From Minisyncoccota bacterium (GTDB lineage Bacteria; Patescibacteriota; Minisyncoccia; Phycocordibacterales; JABAAK01), in contig OZ244939.1 of the NCBI GenBank assembly GCA_965222235.1, positions 400,107 to 464,106 on the forward strand: a DNA stretch of 64,000 nucleotides, read 5' to 3'. The notes beneath the pieces were generated by a model. The model was not told where the DNA came from. It worked only from the letters and a program-made list of their open reading frames with translations, and did not search any database. Position 1 is the stretch's first letter. Each line of letters opens with the position of its first letter. The position numbers and the translations under genes were made by a program. Shown here in pieces: positions 28,751-35,152 of this stretch.

Positions 28751-29883
28751 TCATTAAAAATGCGCAGCAAATCTTTTATTCCTTTTGCAATCAAACCTTC
28801 ATCAACAGATTTTTCTTCCTCCGGGTGAGCGAACTCATGTCGTAACTTTGTGACATATGTTATATCATTCCCTGAAGCATCTTTTTCATCAGCGAGCAGT
28901 GGCTTACCTTCAGTATTATTCTTACCCGCCAAACGCTCTGAATCAAATTTGTCATATGAATTAATACCGCTCTTAATTTTAAAATGTTCGTACAACTCAA
29001 GGAAGTAAGATTCACTCAGCTGATTAAACACAAAATAATTTATCTCCGAATGAGACCTATACCCTAACACGGACCAAGAATTATCCATATGTTTTAGTGT
29101 GGTGGACTTGGTGTTCTGATCACGGGAAACCTCGTATATTTTATCATCTCTGTTCAACCTCACAAAATCCGGATCATGTGTTGTTATCGCCACTTTCACA
29201 TCAACACCGCTTCCATCTTCTTTTTTGAGCAGTTTCTTAATCATCGTGTTCAGGCTCTTTTTCCACTCCGGGTGCAGATACGCTTCTGGCTCTTCTATAA
29301 GTAGTAGTATTTTTTTGTTACCACCACTGGCGTAAATTTTTTTGTAGTATAAAATAAACGCTATAGACATTAATCTCTGAGAACCCTGCCCTATCGAATC
29401 TAAGTCAATCTCATTATCCTTCTCACGATATTGGTCAAGCGCTTTCACTCCAATTAATTTTCTCACATCATCAGGACCAAAATCAGAACCCATAGATATA
29501 ATGACCTTTTTATCCTCAACACCGCTGTCCGATAAAATTTTGTTTATCTCGTCTTCGGCTTTCTTTTTCTCCCCACTTTTATCAAACTTGCTGATTAAAT
29601 CCGACAAAATAGTTTCATCCACAATCTCATTCAATATCGGGACAACAGTTTTTGAAAATTCGCTTCCTTTTTGAGATGTTGAACATTCAGTCCTCGGATC
29701 AATTTGATCTGACCTGATATAAATAACCTCACACTCTGGGTCAACTTCTTTTTTGTAGTTTTCATGAATATGACACAAAATATTTGATTTCCCTGCATTA
29801 TTTTTTCCAGCAAAAACAGTATAATCAGCGAGTTCAAACTCAATTTTGTCAGTTATGCTTTTGTAGTTCTCTATTGAAATCAT
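28732..29883 (-). CDS. AAA_21/ABC-type ATPase of the OLD / AbiEii / PARIS-AriA / Septu-PtuA class, with no partner gene.
   Basis: It has the Walker A FAGKNNAGKSN, a Q-loop/signature-like SIGQGSQRLMSIAF, the Walker B LLLIEEPEAYLHP and an H-loop ITTHDP. 383 aa. Its start is 54 bp from the end of IS30 copy 2. Confidence 0.7.
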   Translation of the reverse strand: MISIENYKSITDKIEFELADYTVFAGKNNAGKSNILCHIHENYKKEVDPECEVIYIRSDQIDPRTECSTSQKGSEFSKTVVPILNEIVDETILSDLISKFDKSGEKKKAEDEINKILSDSGVEDKKVIISMGSDFGPDDVRKLIGVKALDQYREKDNEIDLDSIGQGSQRLMSIAFILYYKKIYASGGNKKILLLIEEPEAYLHPEWKKSLNTMIKKLLKKEDGSGVDVKVAITTHDPDFVRLNRDDKIYEVSRDQNTKSTTLKHMDNSWSVLGYRSHSEINYFVFNQLSESYFLELYEHFKIKSGINSYDKFDSERLAGKNNTEGKPLLADEKDASGNDITYVTKLRHEFAHPEEEKSVDEGLIAKGIKDLLRIFNDQAIES

Positions 29884-29936
29884 AACTGCATTCTGCCAAA
29901 ATACACCACATTGAGCAAGATGACAATATGATGCGC

Positions 29937-31084
29937 CCCAAGTTCAAACAAATAATAGAACACCTGTCATATACCAAGTAATACTGGAGACATATGACAA
30001 AAGCAAAGAAAAAGAGACGGGAACCGTTCACCCGTCTGAATATTCATGAACGGAGTAGTATTGAAGTGAGATACTGTGCTGACAAGAGATCCCTGCGGGA
30101 GATAGCGAAAGAGTTGGGCAGGTCACCGGGAACCATACATCGGGAAATAGGGGGAAAACCGAGAAAAGGAGTCGGACGGTACTGCGCGCTGAGGGCACAG
30201 CGGGAAGCAGAGAAAAGGATACACACCCGGGGGAGGAAAGGAGTGCTGACCGACAGAGCACTCCTTGGGTATGTGCGGGAGAAGATGGAGGAAGGATGGT
30301 CTCCCGAGCAGGTGAGTATTCGTCTTCCCCGGGAGTTTCCGGAGGACACAACCATGCGGGTATCTCATGAGACGATATATACCTTCATATATGCGCAGAT
30401 TCACCAAAGCGGACACGGTATCGTGAAACCGGGGTATCTAGACTTACGGTCTCTTCTGCCGAGAAGAAGGAAGAGACGCATACGGCAAGGAGTGAGAAAC
30501 ACACAGAAAACAGAACGAAGAGCGGCCTTGCCCTCCATAGAGGAGAGACCGGGGATAGAGGGGGTAATCGGTCATTGGGAAGGTGACACCATGCTCTCAA
30601 GGAAAAGCAGCGTTAGGGTAAAGAGTATGAATGAAAAGATGACCGGTCTGGCATTCTTTGAGAAAACAAAAGACGGTACCGCTGAGTCCTGTGACGCGGC
30701 AATCATCAGACGAATGCGCGCTGTCCCTCCGAGATACCGCAAGACCCTCACCCAGGACAGAGGGGCGGAGAATAGGGGGTACCGCACCGTTGAAAAAGAA
30801 CTCAGTCTCTCCTGCTACTTCGCCCATCCGTACTGCTCTCATGAAAGAGGATCAAACGAGAACACCAACGGATTGTTCCGTCGGTGTTTCCCGAAGGGGA
30901 CTGACTTTGACAAAAGCAATGACCGTGACATTGCCAAGGTTGAGTACCTATTGAATACCCGTCCCAGGAAACGCCTTACTGGTCTGACCCCTTACGAGGT
31001 ATTCTACCGCATGACCGGTGTCAATCTCCAGAGGATGGCATATTACAAACTGACAGGTGTTCAATTAGAAGTTTGAATGTAGGC
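29937..31084 (+). mobile_element. IS30-family insertion sequence, copy 2, identical to copy 1.
   Basis: It aligns base-for-base with 16753-17900 at an offset of 13184. Confidence 0.85.
29994..31076 (+). CDS. IS30-family DDE transposase, copy 2.
   Basis: Its 360-aa sequence is identical to copy 1. Confidence 0.9.
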   Translation: MTKAKKKRREPFTRLNIHERSSIEVRYCADKRSLREIAKELGRSPGTIHREIGGKPRKGVGRYCALRAQREAEKRIHTRGRKGVLTDRALLGYVREKMEEGWSPEQVSIRLPREFPEDTTMRVSHETIYTFIYAQIHQSGHGIVKPGYLDLRSLLPRRRKRRIRQGVRNTQKTERRAALPSIEERPGIEGVIGHWEGDTMLSRKSSVRVKSMNEKMTGLAFFEKTKDGTAESCDAAIIRRMRAVPPRYRKTLTQDRGAENRGYRTVEKELSLSCYFAHPYCSHERGSNENTNGLFRRCFPKGTDFDKSNDRDIAKVEYLLNTRPRKRLTGLTPYEVFYRMTGVNLQRMAYYKLTGVQLEV

Positions 31085-31173
31085 GCCACATGCGACAGAC
31101 GGATTAAAAAACACTAAGAATATTAAATATCGCTGATTAAATTGCACAGGCATTTCCGGCTCCGATGCTTTCC

Positions 31174-31349
31174 GCAGAGCGAATGCGGAGTGGAAAGAGG
31201 AGGAGTGGGAAAAGCGAGCGGAACGGAGCCGAGCCGAGCAGGAATGAAAAAACAGGAAAGGCTTGCGCATGCAATGCCTTCCTGTTTTTGAACGGGCAAG
31301 GTGAGAGTCCGTGAAGTGAGCGATGCCGTTCCCTATTCCGCGCCTTTCA
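31174..31349 (+). other. Conserved non-coding module, copy 2 (purine-rich tract, terminator-like hairpin, GAACGGGCAAGGTG box).
   Basis: Its first 121 nt align with 12022-12142 with no net indels. The hairpin aaaaacaggaaaggc...gccttcctgttttt has a different stem sequence but the same position and T-run. Confidence 0.5.
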
Positions 31350-31400
31350 TCGCCAAAGATTCTTTTACCTTTCCCCCGTGCGAGCCGTTGTCTATGAACA

Positions 31401-31800
31401 AAGAAACCACCCGTCCACTCCCATATCCGACCCGACACGGTGCAACGGCGAGCACGCGGGGTTGGGCGGCGGGCTGAATTGAAAAAGAATCTGCCGGCGT
31501 GATTGGCGCGGGAGCGGAGCGCACGGAGGGCTGGTGTGAGCCTGCGAGCATGAGCCCGTAGTAAGCGGAGCGATTGTCTGGCGGCACTTTTGGGATTAAA
31601 GTTACGGGGCGGGTGGAGCGTGCGAGGTGTCTTCGGTAAAATGTTTTTTGAGTTCAAGTGCTACTTGTTCAGAGGACTTTCCAGTACAAGCAAAGACACA
31701 CTCACTATTGCTCGTGTGACTTCCTTCTGCAACACGCCCTTCCAACCTGTGGTAGAGGGTTTTCCATGGCGCAACGCAGGACAAAGCAACGACATCGCTG
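31401..31800. repeat. Third copy (B) of the recombinase 3-prime cassette plus its downstream segment. It is in the orientation of the tRNA-Lys-proximal copy. 31401-31676 is near-identical to the reverse complement of 25200-25476; 31677 to about 31800 is a diverged recombinase 3-prime end.
   Basis: The minus-strand ORF 31602-31817 ends ...ECVFACTGKSSEQVALELKKHFTEDTSHAPPAP, as does 25053-25274. Confidence 0.75.
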
Positions 31801-31864
31801 ATTGACGAAGAAAACACATTTTCCTATACTATGAACCACATACACTCAGAGACAGTATGCAAAT

Positions 31865-32512
31865 ATGACTGATATTTTTATAGACGAAAGTGGAAATTTA
31901 GGGAAAGGAGAAAGATTTTTTATCATCTCGGTAATACAATTCAATTCCGACAACGATTATAAAAAATGGAAAAGAGTCGCAAGGAAAATTATAAAAAATA
32001 AAAAACACCTAAAAGAAATTAAATCTTCTTCAATGGATTACACTTTGAAGAGGGAGGTCTTGGAGCAGGCTAGAAAGCAAGATATAAAATTCAAAGTTTG
32101 GCTTGGTATTATTGATACAGATCACGACTATTACAAACAGAAATTTATAATGCAAGACAACTCTAAAGAGCTTGCTTTTAACTATACTTTAAAAAAGTTA
32201 TTCAAAGAGACAATTGCAAAAGAAATTCAAAAAGAAGTGGCCATAGTATATGTTGATCAGCGAAACACCAAAACAGGATCAAGATATTCGTTGGGTGATT
32301 ATTTAAACGCAGAAATTCTTCACGACCCGGATGTCCCACTACAAAAGATTATTATTTATTACCAAGATTCAAAGAATAATTATGGCATCCAACTATCAGA
32401 TCTGATTGCAAATATTACTTACACCAAACTTGAGCACAATAAATCAAAATATCTTTTTAAAAAATATGTGAGTCCAAGATTATCAGGTAAATGCAAATAC
32501 CCAGAGTGTTGA
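31865..32512 (+). CDS. DUF3800-family protein.
   Basis: The N-terminal MTDIFIDESGNLGKG matches the DUF3800 signature (I-F/Y-I-D-E-S-G). 215 aa. AT-rich island gene. Confidence 0.55.
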   Translation: MTDIFIDESGNLGKGERFFIISVIQFNSDNDYKKWKRVARKIIKNKKHLKEIKSSSMDYTLKREVLEQARKQDIKFKVWLGIIDTDHDYYKQKFIMQDNSKELAFNYTLKKLFKETIAKEIQKEVAIVYVDQRNTKTGSRYSLGDYLNAEILHDPDVPLQKIIIYYQDSKNNYGIQLSDLIANITYTKLEHNKSKYLFKKYVSPRLSGKCKYPEC

Positions 32513-32734
32513 GCTTGTGTATAAAACGAAGAGAGCCCCTGACGGGCTCCTTCTAAGCAACTTATACTTCGGTGCCGTATAACGACACTTAACCGGCATT
32601 ATGCTTGGGTCTCCATATAAGATTTATGCCTACAACCAGTATATACATCTTCAACCCACTTTTCCAGGTCCTTGTGAAAAACACAAAATTGGTTGACATA
32701 TAAAGAATATTTTATACCACCCCCCTTCCCCAAA

Positions 32735-32785
32735 GTAGGATATTTTTCTTGGCAATGTATTCTTCGCGGGTAATATCACTTGCCG
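32735..32785. repeat. About 50-bp fragment homologous to an internal part of the serine recombinase gene (23795-23845).
   Basis: aagtaggatatttttcttggcaatgtattcttc[g/a]cgggt[a/g]atatcac is shared at both positions. Confidence 0.6.
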
Positions 32786-32792
32786 AGGGAAG

Positions 32793-33389
32793 TCACTGGA
32801 TGATCCCGAGCAGGGAGCGGAGCACAAAAGGAGCCTCTTTCATCCCGTCATCCCCGCTGGTGAAATGACCCATATTTTTCATAATGACAATCTCCGAACC
32901 GAGTTTTTCCCTAAAATCATCCTGATTATCAAGCGGAACATCCGGGTCGTTATCGGAAAATATGGCGACACTCTTCGGTAGGTGGGAGCTCGCCTTCCTG
33001 AAATCGGGGGGCGAATCAAGCCAGTGTCTTTTGGTTTCCAAATCATCATCGGTATCATTATCGGATTCCGAGAGTCTTTTAAAGAAGCCGGCGACAAAAA
33101 CCGCGCCCCCGATTTTTATATCCCCATCTTCTGGTAGTCCTTCAAGGTAACGCACAATGGTTTGGCAACCGAGACTGTGCCCGACAAAATAGGTATTTTC
33201 ATTGACGGTGCCGACTGCATTTGATACTTCGGAAACCCAGTTGTGTATCCGTGGTTTTTCAGCCTCCGGGAGTTGTGGGATGTGAACCTCAAATTCCCTT
33301 GCTTCAAGTTCTCCTTTCAGCCATTGAAACCAATCTTCTTCCGGGTGGCCATCCCAGCCGTGCAGGATATAAACTCTTTTTTGGTTCAT
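32793..33389 (-). CDS. Alpha/beta-hydrolase of the YdeN/RBBP9 serine-hydrolase family.
   Basis: Trimmed to MNQKRVYILHGW. It has the nucleophile elbow GHSLG, and Asp/His are present later. About 198 aa. Confidence 0.65.
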   Translation of the reverse strand: MNQKRVYILHGWDGHPEEDWFQWLKGELEAREFEVHIPQLPEAEKPRIHNWVSEVSNAVGTVNENTYFVGHSLGCQTIVRYLEGLPEDGDIKIGGAVFVAGFFKRLSESDNDTDDDLETKRHWLDSPPDFRKASSHLPKSVAIFSDNDPDVPLDNQDDFREKLGSEIVIMKNMGHFTSGDDGMKEAPFVLRSLLGIIQ

Positions 33390-33588
33390 GTATAAATGAT
33401 AGCAGTTGTGTCGGTAATATTCTATCAATTCTCAATTCAAATTCATATACCATCATATACCATTAAAGTATAACACGATACAGTGCCGCATCCCCGCGGT
33501 GGTTTATCAAACCACAAAATTATGGTAGAGTACACGCTAGGAAACCCATCGGGGCTTTCGTGTACTTTTTCACAGAGAGGAGAGGAAC

Positions 33589-34386
33589 ATGCACAACACT
33601 GCACCCCTTCGGGCACCGGCTCTTTTTCTGGTGTTCGCAGCCGCAATCGTCGTCGCCCTGCCCGCATCTGCTCAGGAGGGTGACTGGTACGGCCGTCTGG
33701 GTGTTTTCGCCGGAAAGTACCGGGAGACCTCCTTCAAGGATGAGGACTGCAACGCGACATCTCCGGCTGCGCTGTACGGATGCGGCGAGGATGCGTCCGG
33801 CAGGGCCATACAGTCGTTCGTTGACTTCAGGAGAAATCCTGGTGTGCAGATCGGCATCGGACATCGCATCAACAACACCCCTTTCCGGGTTGAAGGATCC
33901 CTGGAACACCAGAGAAGCCTGAGAATGTCCGGGAGAACGAACTTCCTCGCACCGGAACGGAGACAGGACATCACGTCGGAGATGGATGTCACGTCGCTCA
34001 CCCTTTGGGGATTCGTCGACAGTCCGCAGGTGGTGGAGGTGTTCGGTGGCGGTGTCAACCTCTTCGCCGGGGTTGGGGTCGGCATGAGCCACATATCCGC
34101 CGAAAAGACCATCATGGACTTCCCCGCAACCTACACGGTTGTTCCGGGCGGCAAGGAAAGGAACCTTGCCTTCGGAGTAACCGCCGGTGTATCGCACCGG
34201 GTCTCCGAGAGAATCATGGTGGACCTTGCATGGCGCCACATGGACTACGGTGACATCGGAACGGAAGCCGGGAGCGGATCAGTGGTGTGGCGCGACGGCA
34301 GTCGGACAATCCCACTTGACCTTGCTCCGACCAAGGGAAAGCTCCGGGGAAACGAAATGTCCCTCTCAATGCGCTACCTGTTCTGA
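33589..34386 (+). CDS. Secreted protein with an outer-membrane beta-barrel-like architecture and a C-terminal aromatic residue.
   Basis: It has a signal peptide MHNTAPLRAPALFLVFAAAIVVALPASAQ, alternating amphipathic beta-strands, and a terminal ...LSMRYLF. GC-rich. Confidence 0.5.
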   Translation: MHNTAPLRAPALFLVFAAAIVVALPASAQEGDWYGRLGVFAGKYRETSFKDEDCNATSPAALYGCGEDASGRAIQSFVDFRRNPGVQIGIGHRINNTPFRVEGSLEHQRSLRMSGRTNFLAPERRQDITSEMDVTSLTLWGFVDSPQVVEVFGGGVNLFAGVGVGMSHISAEKTIMDFPATYTVVPGGKERNLAFGVTAGVSHRVSERIMVDLAWRHMDYGDIGTEAGSGSVVWRDGSRTIPLDLAPTKGKLRGNEMSLSMRYLF

Positions 34387-34438
34387 GGAACACAGCAACC
34401 GCAAACACCACCGGGTCTCCGGTGGTGTTCCCTTTTAT

Positions 34439-35152
34439 CTAACCAAGAATAATATATTCAATAATTTCCTCATCGCTGGCGCCGTGCAACCGGCCCCGCC
34501 GAACCGCCTGTTCAGCAAGAAGAAAAAAACCGAAAGGACTGGCAAACGAGGTGAGTGCTTTCTTCGCCTTTGTGAACACGAACGGCTTCACGCCCGCAGC
34601 GACCGCATTCTCGGAACGGGACACAAGAACGAGCATGCGCAGCTGCCACAGCAGTATATTCAATAATGAGGTCGGTGATTCGCCCTTTTGCAGCAGCCGG
34701 TAGAGTGCCGCGAGGGTTTTGCCCCGATCCCGCCTGACAAACACATCGGTAAAGGCGAACAATGCCCTGCTGTCTTCAGCGGCAACCTGTTCCCTGAACC
34801 GCTTGATTGATGCTCCGCATTCGGTAAAACTTTTTTCCTGTGCCGCGGTGAGAGCGGGCTCAAATATAATAAACATATGGGGAGAAGATTGATACGCACC
34901 GAGATTCTCCGTAAGGTGCCCGGACAGCGTGTCGCCGAGCATCTCATCACAAAAAACAATGTATTTTTTCTCAAACAGCCCCTGACCGAACAGCAGCTCC
35001 TCTAATGAATGATGGGGGAATCCGGGAGAAAGATAGATATATTCCGCCTGCGTCCGTTTCTTTCTGCAGGCATCAGCAAAACTGCCGGCATAGTTGCGCG
35101 ATGAAAATCTGTCGCCGCAGAATACATACAACATACCGGCAGTATACCTCAC
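34439..35152 (-). CDS. DNA polymerase III delta subunit (HolA-like).
   Basis: The N-terminal MLYVFCGD and the length and helical pattern fit the delta subunit. Weakly conserved, low certainty. Confidence 0.5.
   Translation of the reverse strand: MRYTAGMLYVFCGDRFSSRNYAGSFADACRKKRTQAEYIYLSPGFPHHSLEELLFGQGLFEKKYIVFCDEMLGDTLSGHLTENLGAYQSSPHMFIIFEPALTAAQEKSFTECGASIKRFREQVAAEDSRALFAFTDVFVRRDRGKTLAALYRLLQKGESPTSLLNILLWQLRMLVLVSRSENAVAAGVKPFVFTKAKKALTSFASPFGFFLLAEQAVRRGRLHGASDEEIIEYIILG

Noticed and set aside
16753-31084. Interpreting the IS30 pair as a 14-kb composite transposon.
   Set aside because: The interval holds metG, rpsT and ruvA. The outer flanks share no target-site duplication. Two independent insertions is the simpler explanation.
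33520-34239. Long antisense ORFs inside GC-rich genes (for example 33520-34239, 36510-37025, 16844-17232, 30028-30416, 1544-1942).
   Set aside because: They lie opposite well-supported genes (the beta-barrel protein, polA, the IS30 transposase, the HlyD-like adaptor). High GC suppresses stop codons, and these ORFs have no family resemblance.
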